From the human T2T-CHM13v2.0 reference genome, Homo sapiens, in assembly GCF_009914755.1 (NCBI RefSeq), contig NC_060937.1: DNA of 64,000 nucleotides; one strand, 5' to 3'. A model generated the notes under the pieces. That model did no database searches, had not been told where the DNA came from, and saw nothing but the letters and a program-made list of their open reading frames with translations. Both the position numbers and the translations under genes were made by a program. Numbering within the stretch: the first letter of the stretch is position 1; the number at the start of each line of letters is the position of its first letter. Shown in pieces: positions 28,266 to 47,760 of this stretch.

Positions 28266-28884
28266 CTTCTGATTTGTCTTTTTATCCTGGTGTTCATGCC
28301 TTGTAAGTGGAAAATAAAATTAGTGAAATTTCTTTCTGAACCTTTGTTTTTCTCATCCTTTCTTCTCTGTTAACTTAAAAATCTTCAATGTATGTGTTCT
28401 ACACATACTACTATGTGAGGCAGATAGACATTATCTTGTAAAAGAAGAAAACAAAAATCTTAGTTTCTCAAAACTTCTAATTGAAAGTCAAAGAGTATAA
28501 TGTTGCCCTGTAATAAGGGGCCAGAGATTGTGTTTGAATGGATCCTATCTGTCAAGCCATTAGTGATCTATACCAAGACCCACCATACTATTAGACATTG
28601 ATACCTATCTATAGTCAGTGCAGTTCACCAACTCTGTGATCCATTCAAGAGTGGCATGGATCAATGTGATGTTTCAAGCTCTTCAATTTTTCCCTTTAAA
28701 ATAAAAAATCAATTCTAATTTTCAATAAAATTGGAACAGTTGTTTCATTCAGATGTAACTACCCCTACCCTTACTCCTTTTGTAAATGCCAATTCCCTTT
28801 GATAAACATTGTCAAAATCTTTTGGAAGTTTCTTAGAATCACACTGTTACAATTGTAGAATGGCTTTTATAAACTTTAGCTACT

Positions 28885-29510
28885 AAGGCAGCAATTGCAT
28901 GGTGGTCAGTATTATGGGGTCTGGAGTCATGTTTGGTTTGACTTTAGTTTTTACAGCCTAATAGTTGTTGCTTTGGCTAAGTTGTTTAATTTCCCATATA
29001 AATGTATTTAAAATGGTGGTAGTGATAGTGCCTATGTGTACAAGTTAGGGTATAGGGTAATCTCTATATAACACAATTTTCAACTACAGTGAATTAAAAA
29101 TTACAGGAATTATTTCTCACTCACATAATAGTCCAAAACTAGGGAAGTATTTAGAGGAGAAAAGTGGCTCTATGATCCTTATACATTGCTGCAACTTGTG
29201 TATTCAAAATGGCTACTTCAGTTTTCATCATGTGCAGGTGGTAGAAAGGAGAAAAAGTTGGGGAAATCCTATGACAATTGTTTTCCAGGAAATACCTGGG
29301 AATTGTACACACATGACATCTTCCTCATTTTACAAAAGGTCCCCACTTGCTTTAAGACGGGCTGAGAAATACATTCTTTAGCTGAGAAACCATGTGTCCA
29401 GCTTTGAGACTGGGGAAGGTAAGAATGGCCAGTAGGGTCATTTAGTTTTCTGTTGCAGTGCCTCACAAGGTTGTTGTGAGGTTTAAATCAGTCAATATAG
29501 TTATTTGCAA
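28885..29510 (+). mobile_element. MIR SINE split by an MLT1 LTR
   Basis: ggcagcaattgcatggtggtcag...tctggagtca...aaaatggtggtagtgatagtgcc | tcacaaggttgttgtgaggtttaaat. Confidence 0.7.
29033..29457 (-). mobile_element. MaLR solo LTR (MLT1J/K/L-like)
   Basis: ttatttctcactcacataa, aaaatggctac and ggctgagaaatacattcttttagctg. 5-bp TSD gtgcc at 29028-29032 and 29458-29462. Confidence 0.7.
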
Positions 29511-29959
29511 ATGATTTAAATCTCAGAAAATTTAACGTATCATTCTGTGTTGATGGTTTATTTGGAAAACTTTTATTTTCCTACCAAAGAAACAATGCAC
29601 AAACTTTTGGAAAGGAATTTACATGTAACTGAGAGTCTGTACATTTGCTCTGGTTTTCTTTGATATATTTAACTAGAAACCTCAATTTTCTCAAGGAATA
29701 TTTAATATAATCCTAGATAGCTAGAACTCTGTACAACACACTTGGGAAACACTAGTGTGTTATTTTCCTTGTGGGGAATAACTTTAATTGTACCAAGTTC
29801 TTCATGAAAAAGAAATTAGGTTATTTCATTTATTTTTATGTGCCTGCACAATTGAAATAGCACTGTAAATTGTTCATACATTTAACTTATTTAACTTGCT
29901 GCTAAACGTGTGTGAGAAGAACAAAGGTATTTGCCAAAGGCACTTTGAAAACATTGCAG

Positions 29960-30820
29960 ATGCTTCATTGGTTATAGTGTTATTTTAATTTTCTAATACT
30001 TTCTGAATAAATTCTGATCTTCAGTAACTTTCTTTGAAAATAATTAATATCATTAATATCAAATTTATCAACAGAGAACTCTATTATTATTTTATAATTA
30101 AGAAAAAACTCTTGCAGTTATATCCTCTTTTCAAGGCCTAATATTTGTTACTTACATTTTCTTAAACTTTTTAGAAGTTTGTGTATTTTATTAGCCTTTT
30201 TAAAGAACAAGCTCTTTCTTCCTTTTCTTGAAACAATGTTTCACTCTGTCACCCAGGCTGGAGTGCAGTGGCACTGTCACAACTCACTGCAGCCTTGAAC
30301 TCCACCAAGTGATCCTCTCACCTTAGGCTCCCAAGTAGCTGGGACTGCAGGCACATGGCACCATGCCTGGCTAATTTAAAACATTTTTTAAAAAAGATAG
30401 GGTCTCACTATGTTGCCCAGGCTGGTCTTGGAACTCCTGGGCTCAAGTGGTTCTCATGCCTCAGTCTCCCAAAGTTCTAGGATTACAGGTGTGAGCCACT
30501 GTACCCGGCTCCAATAACCAGCTCCTGATTTTACTTCTAATTCTACTGTTTCTCTGTTCTATAGCTTGTTAATTTTTGTATTATTATTTTCTCCTGCTTT
30601 TAAGGTATTTTGTTCTTATGTTCATAATTTTAGTTTAATCCTGACTATACTTTTTATTATTTCTTACTTAAAAAGGAAGCAATTCATGATTATGCATTTT
30701 TTTCTGAGTAGTACTTGAAAATTATCCTCGCAGGTAGATAGCATTTGCACTTGGTTATTTTTAAAGTAGTTTTAATTGCTGTATTGTAATATTGATTTTT
30801 TTCTGTGACCCAGAATTATG
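29960..30820 (-). mobile_element. Ancient L1M (L1ME/L1M5-like) ORF2 relic, interrupted by an Alu
   Basis: tattttattagcctttttaaagaacaagctc and T-rich antisense ORF2-like sequence; very diverged. Confidence 0.5.
30215..30510 (-). mobile_element. Alu, AluJo/Jr-like
   Basis: actcactgcagccttgaactcc and gggtctcactatgttgcccaggctgg...ctgggctcaag. Degenerate TSD aagaacaagctc / aataaccagctc. Confidence 0.93.
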
Positions 30821-31329
30821 ATGAGGTAGGGTATGTGTGTGTGTGTGACTGTTTCTATGTGTGATTGTGTTTGTGTGTGTGTCTGAGAAAGAGATAGGGA
30901 GACAAAAACGGAAAAGCATTCTTTTTTAACAATTTAAACTTTGGCCAATAAGCTCTTATTTTACTGAATTTAGTTATCTTAAGTGTTTTTTTTTTTGTTT
31001 TTTTTTTTGTTTTTTTGGCAACAGTGGTACAACAGTGGAGAAAGTTGTCAGTGTGCCTCCTTGTTTTGGCTTTTTGCTCATAGCACACACGTACCTACTT
31101 ATTTCGCCTCCACCTTACTTTTGGGGGACATTGTTATTAGCACTCTTGTGTCCTGGTGATTTCAAGTCTTTAAGAAAATGGATATTAGTCCTTTTTCAAA
31201 AAAAAATTGAACAGCTCATCTTAGATCTTTCTAAGTGGCTCTTGAATTCTTCTATGGCATAATTTTCTATACACTTCAGAAACTTTCATATCTGTTCCTT
31301 TATTTTTTGTTTCAGAAGTATTTTGCAGA

Positions 31330-32029
31330 TTATTTCCAAAGAGCTCTATAAAAAATCCTCCTATTCTACCACCTCTTAGTAATGTGGCTTTATCAGTCTT
31401 TTTTTTTAATATTTTAATTTTCAGGTTCAGGGGTACATATGCAAGTTTGTTATATAGGTAAACTCATGACTTGGGGGGGACGTTGATGTGCAGATTATTT
31501 CATCACTGAGGTAAAGCATAGTACCCAATAGTCTTTTTCTCTGAACCTCTCCCTCTTCTCATGCTCCACCCTCAAGTAGGCCCCAGTGGCTATTGTTCCC
31601 CTCTTTCTGTTCATCAAGAGATGAAATCTCTTTCCATTCCCTTTGATTCGCGCTGATCCTGTGATCTGCTGTGTGTAATGGAATGCAACGGATATTGCTT
31701 CTGGCCCTAAGTCTTAAGCGGTCTTGAGGCTTCCATTTTCACCTTTGGAAAGATGCTCAGCCTGGACCATCAAATGATAAGAGCAGATTAAGACTTTCAA
31801 GTGGGGAGACACTGACAGTATCAGAGTCCCACATATGGGACCCACCATCTTGAACCCTGCAGCTCCAGTCAAGCCACCCTAGCCAACCCTATATAAAGCA
31901 AGAGCTGAGCTGTCTTCTATGAGCCTTGCTTAGATTCCTGGCCTGCAGAATTGTGAGTAATGAAATGGCTGTTGTTCTAAGCCACTAAGTTTTGGAGTGG
32001 ATTTTTCTGCAGCAATAGATGACTAGAAC
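31330..32029 (+). mobile_element. MaLR LTR (MLT1G/H-like), interrupted by a short L1
   Basis: aatgtggcttt...catcaagagatgaaatct and the 3' end gaattgtgagtaatgaaatggctgttgttctaagccactaagttttggagtgg...gcagcaatagatgactagaac. Confidence 0.8.
31399..31614 (-). mobile_element. LINE-1 3'UTR stub (~215 bp), L1PA13-like
   Basis: poly(T), then ggttcaggggtacatatgcaagtttgttatataggtaaactc...ccaccctcaagtaggccccagtg. Confidence 0.88.
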
Positions 32030-32088
32030 TGGCTTTTCTTCCCCTTGACATCACATTGTCTTTTAAGGCAGGAGTCATGTCCAATGCA

Positions 32089-32089
<1 letters not shown>

Positions 32090-32141
<52 letters not shown>
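32090..32141. repeat. Perfect (TG)26 microsatellite
   Basis: 52 bp uninterrupted alternation, counted directly. Confidence 0.98.
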
Positions 32142-32145
<4 letters not shown>

Positions 32146-33787
32146 CCCATGTGCCTATGTGTTTATCTCCACAGTGCAATGTATTGGTTACATAATAGCT
32201 GTCACTGACTGAATTAATTTTACCTCATATGTCTGGAGAGAACTTTTCAAAATTAGGCAGATAAGGTTTAGTCACTCCTAGTGTGTTTTTGAAAAGTAGC
32301 TCTGTTCTAATTTGATATTTTAATGTATGGCCTTATGCAAGTCAATGGATTGCTTGAAGCCTTGGTGCTGTTACTCAAGGTCTCTGAGACTCTGTCTTTC
32401 CCCTAGAAATTTGGCGAAACCACCATCCTACTACTAGCTCCAGTTAGAACCACTAGTAAAACAGAATAATAGTAGGTTGGTATAAAGCAATGGCAGGAAG
32501 AAAATGTAAATTTAGCCTTGCCAAATTTAAAGGCAGTTCAATTTATATGTTCTTGGCCTTCTATTTTAGAGTAAAATAAATAATACCAAATAAAGCAAAA
32601 CAAAGAGTATAGGAGTGATAACGTGGCTCCTACAGAACTCCATATTTATTGTAACTAAGAAAAACACAAACTGAGGAAACAACTATTAAATTACAGCTAA
32701 TGCAAAATGTGACAATATACTGTACAAAACCCATGGTCTTCTATCATGAGGAGAAAATGAAAACTCACTTCTCAGTGAAATATAATATTTCAAACAGGTG
32801 TGTCCATGATTAAACTTTTAATTCGATTTGATTCATTCATTCCTCCTTTTCTTCCTTCTAGTGGATGGGCTAATCACATGTAAAAGTATAGAATAGAATG
32901 ATTGAAAAAACAAGTTTTTGTCCACTTTAAGTTACAAAATTCAACATTTTGATTGGTTGGAAATGACTTTCTATCTTCCTGTCACCTCTGATAGCTACAA
33001 ATGGGAAGTTGTTATTTATCTACTTTTATTTATTCCCTAAGTGCCTAAATAACAGCGGCTTGTATTGAATGACTGTAGGGATTGTCTCTCTTTCAAAAGT
33101 AAGTCATTCATTAGGGTGCCTTACCTTTCCGAAACAACATATTCTCAGCTGCATGGTGGCTGGAAGCCAGAGAAGCAATTTCCTTTCCTTTAATAAGGGG
33201 TTGGAAAGCATCTGATTATATCAGGAAGAGGTATGTCAGTTTTCAAGGTGAAAGAACACTTGCTTCTTTTATAGATAATGAAAGAAATAAGATACATTAC
33301 TGAAAGACGGAGGGCACAGCCATTAAAAATAGCCAGGAAGGGTGGGACATAGTCTGTTACAGGTTATCTCAATGTAAATTAGCAGAGTAGGGTAACAATA
33401 CCAGTTTTCTCTTTTACCACTTAGTTCAGCTTTTAAGATAGTTTTATTTTTAACATTTTCTATGCTAAAACAACTAATAGTACAATATTTGTCACTTAGA
33501 AGGTCTTAAATTTTATTTCCCTATCTCAGACAAATATTAAATGTTTATAATAGGATTTACAATATGAAGATAACTTATATTTAACTTATTTTACCCCGTA
33601 CTTTAGAATTTTGTTTAATAGAGAACATCAAGGCTTCTAGAACTAGCAGACATAAGAATAATAGCTAGTGAAATTACCTTTAATTGTTGTGAATCTAAGA
33701 TAAAAGAACATACATGAAATATGTCCAAACTTTATAGGATATTCAAATAATATTTATTGTGTACCCTTTTCCACATATCCTGTACAG

Positions 33788-34112
33788 CAGTTCTGTCCTA
33801 TAGAAATATAATATGAACCGCAAATATGATCCACTTAAGATGTAATTTTAAATTTTCTGGTAGCCATGTTTTGAAAATCAAAAGAAACTGGTGATATGAG
33901 TTTAAATTATATACTTTATTTAACCCAATATATCCAAATGATATTTCAACATATCTTTATATTATGAATGAGACATTTTATATGTGTTTTTATACTGAGT
34001 TTAGATTTGTTATGTACAGATTTTACATGCAGCATACTTCAATTTGGACTAGTCATCTCTTTAGTGCCTCTATAACCAAATGGGTCCAATGACTACCATA
34101 CCAGACAACAAT
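33788..34112. mobile_element. MER33 (hAT-Charlie MITE)
   Basis: ctgtcctatagaaatataat...tgtaattttaaattttctggtagcca...tttatttaacccaatatatccaaa...caatttggactag...gactaccataccagaca. Confidence 0.85.
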
Positions 34113-34503
34113 CCTATGTTTTCTTTATTTGATTCCCTGTATTGTTTTCCCTGAAGTTTGTTTCTAAGACCATGCCTTCAACTTTTTGTCCTTCTAAAAC
34201 ATTTTCCCATGTCTACTTTGGGAGAAGCACATAAAGCCCCCTCCCTCTGCATGTGGAAGTTTTCTTGAGTCTTCCTCATGAATATCTTTTTTTATTATTA
34301 TTATACTTTAAGTTCTGGGATACAAGTGCAGAACTTGCAGGTTTGTTATATAGGTATACATGTGCCATGGTGGTTTGCTACACCCATCAACCCATCATCT
34401 ACATTAGATATTTCTCCTAATGCTATCCCTCCCCTAGCTCCCCACCCCCAGACAGGCCACGGTGTGTGATGTTGCCCTCCCTGTGTCCATGTGTTCTCAT
34501 TGT

Positions 34504-38928
<4,425 letters not shown>

Positions 38929-38991
38929 TATAATGCTAGCTGGTTGTTTTGCCTGTTAGTTAATGCAGTTTCTTCATAGGGTCGATGTTCT

Positions 38992-39600
38992 TTACAATTT
39001 GGTATGTTTTTGCAGTGGCTCGTACTGGTTGTTACTTTCCACATTTAGTGCTTTCTTCCAGAGCTCTTGTAAGGCAGGCCTGGTGGTGACAAAATCCCTC
39101 AGTATTTGCTTGTCTGTAAAGGATTTTATTTCTCCTTCGCTTATGAAGCTTAATTTGGCTGGACATGAAATTCTCGGTTGAAAATTCTTTTCTTTGAGAA
39201 CATTGAATATTGGCCCCCACTCTCTTCTGGCTTGTAGGGTTTCTGCTGAGAGATCTGCTGTTAGTCTGATGGGCTTCCCTTTGTGGGTAACCCGACCTTT
39301 CTCTCTGGCTGCCCATAACATTTTTTCCTTCATTTCAACCTTGGCGAATATGACAATTATGTGTCTTGGGGTTGCTTTTCTTGAGGAGTATTTTTGTGGT
39401 GTTCTTCGTATTTCCTGAATTTGAATGTTGGCCTGTCTTGATAGGTTGGGGAAGTTCTCCTAGATAATATCCTTAAGAGTGTTTTCCAACTTGGTTCCAT
39501 TCTCCCCATCACTTTCAGGTACACCTATCAAATGTAGGTTTGGTCTTTTTACATAGTCCCATATTTCTTGGAGACTTTTTTTTCATTCTTTTTTCTCTAG
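38992..39600 (-). pseudogene. ORF1: L1 ORF1p C-terminal half (N-terminus and coiled coil deleted)
   Basis: ORF 38992-39333 MKEKMLWAAREKGRVTHKGKPIRL...QKHTKL; homology continues to ~39600. Confidence 0.92.
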
Positions 39601-41129
39601 CTTGGTCTTAGGGGGCACCCACCAGATGCCAGCTGGAGCTCTCCTGTATGAGGTGTCCATCGACCCCTGCTGGGAAGTGTCTCCCAGTCAGGAGGCACAG
39701 GTGTCAGTGTCCCACTTGCGAAGGCAGTCTGTCCCTTAGCAGAGCTCAAGCATTGTGCTGGGAGAAATTCCATATACTTCTAATTATATCCCAATTTATT
39801 TATCAAGGGAGCTGTCTGACATTTTGCAACTGAAACTCTCTGAGGCTTGGTTTTGAAACTTGTAAAACAATGGAATTTTGTAAAATTCATTTTTACAGGA
39901 AATGTTAACCAGATGACCTCAGAGGTCTTCTATTCATCGACTACTCTTTAACTCTAGTTTTTGTATTAAAAACTCATACTCAACATTGTGCAAGTGGTTG
40001 CCATACTGTATATCAAGTCTTCCCTTTACTCTGGGGTATTTCTATATATGCTGCATATCCTGAGTAGACACTCTTTTATCTAATGGAGCCCACCAAATTC
40101 TTCCTTCATCATGTATCACTTCTATCTAGACTCCAATTGTCTCTCTAGGATTTTTGTAGGTGTTATTCCATTTTTCATGTTATGTGTCTCTTATGTATGT
40201 TGGATTTGTGATCAGCTGTATCTCTGACCACATATTTATGGATGTAGAGAAACAGGAGAAGCCCTAAGTTTGTATTTGTAGGGAATATAAACTAGACACT
40301 GGAGAAGCAAGGCTCCAAGTTCAATATTGAAGTATAAAATCAACCTAAAAGTGAGAAGTAAATGTTGTCCTCATTTGGAAAACTTAAGCTGGAGCTAATG
40401 TAGAAATATAAGAGCTGGGAATTTTATATATATGTATTTTTTCATCACATAGATTTTGTACTACTAATATACAAATTAACTCTCTGATAACGAAGTAGTT
40501 TAAATGCTATAAAGTTGAATTGTATAATCTATTATGTAAGTCCAGTCTGTGAAATTTATATAGCTATCAGTGATCATAGAATATTTTCAAAATATGCCAT
40601 GTGGTGCCATCTCAACTGCAGCATAGTGAGGCCCCATGGAGATGTGGAACAGCATTCACCCTGTTTAGTATATTGTGCACGGCAGCTCTTTTAAGCACAA
40701 TAATATTACTTATTCAACAGCATCCCATTAGAACAATTCCTCAGAAGGTTCTTCTCTTCTAGCCATTCCACTACACTCAAGACATGCTCTCTACTGCTTC
40801 CACTGTTACTAAAATAACTATGTCTGCTTCTGTTGCTTTTGTCTTATGCTTAACATTGAGAGATAACTAGATGATATAGCTTATATCCAATACAGAACAG
40901 CTTTTCTAGTTGGTGTTCTGCAGACTGCCACTTAAGGAGACAGCATCCTTTGTGTCTAATCTAGAGATGGCTGATCATTGGTCCATTTGACTGTGATACA
41001 GAATTCATGTTCACATAACCCAAAGCATAGAAACTTCCATGCAAAGAGCTATCTAGAATTGCTTTCTTAAGTAAATTTTTGGTTATGTTTAGTACATTTA
41101 GAACTTTATGCATTTCCTAAGGCCAACAC

Positions 41130-42690
41130 TGACTACTATTCAGGAACTCTTTAAAACACCAGTATTATAAAACAAATAGGACATAGGCTGTTTCCTAAAA
41201 GAGCTCACAGTACAACATAGAAATGCAAAAATTCTTCTTCTTTCAAAATATAGCCATACAGAGAGATAAGTGGCGGCACAATGAAGAAGTAGGTAAATTT
41301 TGTTGGAGAGTCCAGGAAAGCTTCACAGAAGTTGACCTTGAAGAAGAGACTTAATTGGAGATATTCCCAGCTGGGTGTAGAAATGGGGAAGGAGAGGAGA
41401 ATTCAATTCAGGAATGATAATGCAATATGAACAGATGTACAGATGTATAATCTGGGAGCTGGAAGAAGTGTATTATGGTTAGAGTGTGGAATGTAAATGT
41501 GATACAGCAACAGATAATAGTGTCCAGATCGTGGAAAACCATGTGCTAATGGGTCTGGACTTTACCTGTAAGGAGAAGCTATTGAAAGGATTGAAGCCAT
41601 TGATTAAAATGTCTCCTAAATATATACAAATATTGTGTTTCAATTAAAACACAAAATAATATTTTCATTTTAAAACAGATCACCATGATTGCAGTATATA
41701 AGAGGTATTGGAGATGCAGGAGGCCTGAGGAATGGTACTGGGAATGGGAGTGTTCCCATTGTCTGTGAAAGTGCTGTTGAGATAATGCTTTGAAAAGAGC
41801 AATGGATGGAGAGAATAGATCAGGCAAGCAAAAAGAGAAGGATTAACAATATACAAGTGTAGATGACTGGTGTGGAAATAAGGATGAAGGAGGAGACTAG
41901 GATTAATCCCCTGTTTGGTCATCTGTTTCTATGTGAATCATGATACTTTTCAAGAAAAAAGGGAGCTCAGAAGGACAAACTAATTTGGGAGAAATTCTGT
42001 GTACAATTTTAGTCATTTTAAGAGTTCCCAATCAGGGAAGTACAGTACATGTTGGGCATCTAATTCAGCTAAAGGTATGGATCAAACTGTCAGAGAATGG
42101 CTGGAGAAAAGAGGAGAAAACCAAAAACAAAGTTCTAAAATTCTGCTTAAGCTTTAAGAGATAGCCAAGCAGAAAGGACTGAGGGATAGAGAGGTAGGGA
42201 GAGAACCGAGAGAGAGAAGCAAAGATGTTAACAATGACGAGGAGCGCACATAGGTCAAATGAGATAAGGGCTGAAAACAACCCATTAGAAAATAGTGACA
42301 TTTACTGGAGCATTTACAGGGCCATGGGAAGGATCGAAACTTATTATGTCATTTGAAGAAGTAAATGTGAGAAAATGGAGATAGCAATTTCAGCCATTCT
42401 TTTGAAGGCTTAATTGCGAAGGGGAGAGCTAGTCTAATGTATGCAGTAGGAATCGATGGAGATGAGATAGGGTCTGATTTTCTAGATTAATTCATTAATC
42501 TTTAAAATGGGAGAGCCATTTTGAGCGTGTTTATAGCCTATAAATTCGGAGCCAAAAGCAGGAGGGATAAATTATACAGAAGGAGGATGTAACTGTTGGA
42601 TCAAAGTAAAAGTTAACTTTGAGGGGGAAAAAAAAGAAGACAGCTTCCTGTAGTATTAAGGAGACATGATATGAGTGGATGCAAACTCTC
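41130..42690 (-). mobile_element. L2 LINE relic, fragmented
   Basis: aagagctcacagt, caggaaagcttcacagaag, ggacttta...gaagctattgaaagga and ggtcaaatgagataagggctgaaaacaacccattaga are diverged antisense L2 motifs. Confidence 0.55.
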
Positions 42691-43129
42691 TTACTTAAAA
42701 TCTGAACATCTTTACTTTAGCAATTTCTGAGAACATTACTTGAGAAGATACGTGCAGAGCTGTTCACCACACATAACATCATTAATGGTAATTTATCTAT
42801 TTCCTGCAAACCTTAAAATTTTCTTAGTACTTGAATCTTGCAATTTTTTTCCAAAATTTTTTTTGGCACCAGAAAATATCCCTCTGAAAAAATCATCAGC
42901 ATTGATTCTGGTTTCAGTTACTACCATTGCCAATTATTTCATCAACCTCAACACTCAACAGCCACGAACCTAGTTAATATTAAGATGGAGTTTCTTTCTC
43001 GAAGCACAGAATTTTCTCCAAGCTTGTTTCAATATAGCATATCATTTCTCAAAAAAACCTTTATAAGTTTAATACAATTATTGCTTAAAGTTGCTTTTAA
43101 AATAAAGAAATATAGAATTAAGTAAATGT

Positions 43130-45710
<2,581 letters not shown>

Positions 45711-46684
45711 ACTGTACAATTTAGAGTACTTGGAATATATAATTTTTGTTGCAACCTATTAAGATATGGCATTATTTAAAAACACTGATCTAAGCGTGGA
45801 AGTCACAACTTTAGAATTTTTTGTAAAATTTCAAAAAATATATTTTTAAAGGGGATAAAATTAAATCATGAATCCTTTTAGTAACAATCTACATTTGTTT
45901 TTATGTGCTTCACACATCTCTTAATAACCATGAAGGGATTACAGTATTCTCAGTAGATCAATTCCATACTTCTTATTAATCATTCTAGCTTTTATAATGC
46001 TGGAAGTGCCAAAATATATCCTCATTGCAGCTGCATATTCACAGTCCAAAACATTCTTTCCAGTATGACTTGATTATCCTCATCAACTTTGTAACAACCT
46101 TCATATGTGAGGTGAGAGAGTAAAGGAATCAGTCTTGCCACCAATAAGAGTGGATTTGGAGTTCTAATGTGAATTCAGATTAGAAACAGAGCACTAGTTG
46201 TGAGGAGAGTTAGTTGGAGTGAGTTGCTCATTCTGTAGTGGAAATACTAACAAAAAAGAGAAAAGAGCAAGCTTCTGAAACATGACTGCTGCTCATTTTC
46301 CAGAGTTTGTTTAAATATTTCATAATTTCAAAAAATAAATGCTGAGTTAAAGAAGTGAACATAATAGTAAATGTTAAAACCCAGGCAAAGAAGATGAGAA
46401 AATCTGTATCTAGTGATATAAATATGGTTCCAAAGCAATATGATAGTAGAAAAGAGTAAACAACATGTAAATTAGGATTGAAGAGCTGCCTCCATTCTTG
46501 TAAGATGCAGTTTAAGGTTTGCATAACTTGTATGTAAGAGTTAAAATAGTCCACGTCATGGAGTGGTTTTTATAGAGGACTTCTATATGGCAGAAGAAAT
46601 TGAAGAAGGCAACAGAGCTCCCCTGAGGGCTAACCACCCTTATTTCAGTTAATGGGATATGTGCCCAAATAAGGGCTCACTGAA

Positions 46685-46705
46685 ACACACACACACACAC
46701 ACACA
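46685..46705. repeat. (AC)10 microsatellite
   Basis: Read directly. Confidence 0.95.
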
Positions 46706-47319
46706 AAACTAAATATGAGGTTAGAGAAAAAAAAATTTATTTCAAATAGGCTTTCCCCTAATGAGCAGATTGCATTAATTTCCTTAAAAAATTTACATGA
46801 ATACTTCCCCCCAAAAAAGTCCATATATTTTTTATGCCATTTGTCTTTGTAGAAAGTGGCATTTTATGCAACTTGTCTTTGGTTCTATTTCCAAATATAT
46901 GCTCTAAAATTAGCATATAAATTTATTAAGTGCTCAATGGCATGTAAATCCACTAGATAAATTATAAAGAAAATGAAAGATATATTTACAGTTACATTCA
47001 GTTCTGAATTTTAAAACCAAGAGAAAAAACAAGACAAATCAATTAAAAATATTCAAAAAGGGTTACACAAAAATCTAAGAAAACAGTGCAATGCAGAACG
47101 AACTATAAGAAAAAAAAAATCTATGCCAATTAAAAAAAACAATGGGACTCTTTTATTGTGCCTACACGTGAACTCAACTTCAAGAGACACTGAATGCATT
47201 TTAGCAAATTTGTCAAAATTGGTCCAATTGTTCAATTCCATTTGACCTAATAAGGTAAAAATTACATATGTTGACCACAGTTGAAACAGAGATTTCACTA
47301 CTTAAGTCAGTAATGTGTC

Positions 47320-47760
47320 TATCATTCATTCATTGATTTGTTCATCAATAATTTTTACAAATAATTACTTAGTGTTTTTACAAATAATAACTTAGTGTTT
47401 TTTTTTTTATCAGCTGGGTGTTAGGACATTGCAGATGAAAAACACATGATCCTCCTCCTTCAAGAGCTCAAACTTGGAGAAGGCATATTCAAGAACGTAT
47501 AACAATAGAACTGCCATGCGATGTTTTTATAGAGATGAGATGTTAAGTGTTGTGGTAAAAGAAATAGAGCATTTAGGCAGACAGGGAAGTAAGCAGTAAT
47601 TGTAATAAGAGAGAAAATAATTATTTTGAGAAATATTTAAAAGTTAGAGCTATGAAGTATTTATCTTTAATTTGATTCAAGAATGATAACCTTGGTTTCT
47701 AGTTTGGCCAAATGGTGGATGTTTCTATTACTAAAATAAGGAAGGAAGAAAAGAAGCAGA
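47320..47760 (-). mobile_element. L2 3' end containing a 23-bp tandem duplication (47352-47397)
   Basis: tcattcattcatt tail and gacattgcagatgaaaaacacatgatcctcctccttcaagagctca. Unit tttttacaaataa(t/a)acttagtg occurs twice. Confidence 0.65.

Noticed and set aside
39595-39625. Spliced L1 integrant as the explanation of the internal deletion
   Set aside because: Breakpoints inferred from the plus-strand copy do not fall at GT...AG; short similar words at both ends fit deletion better.
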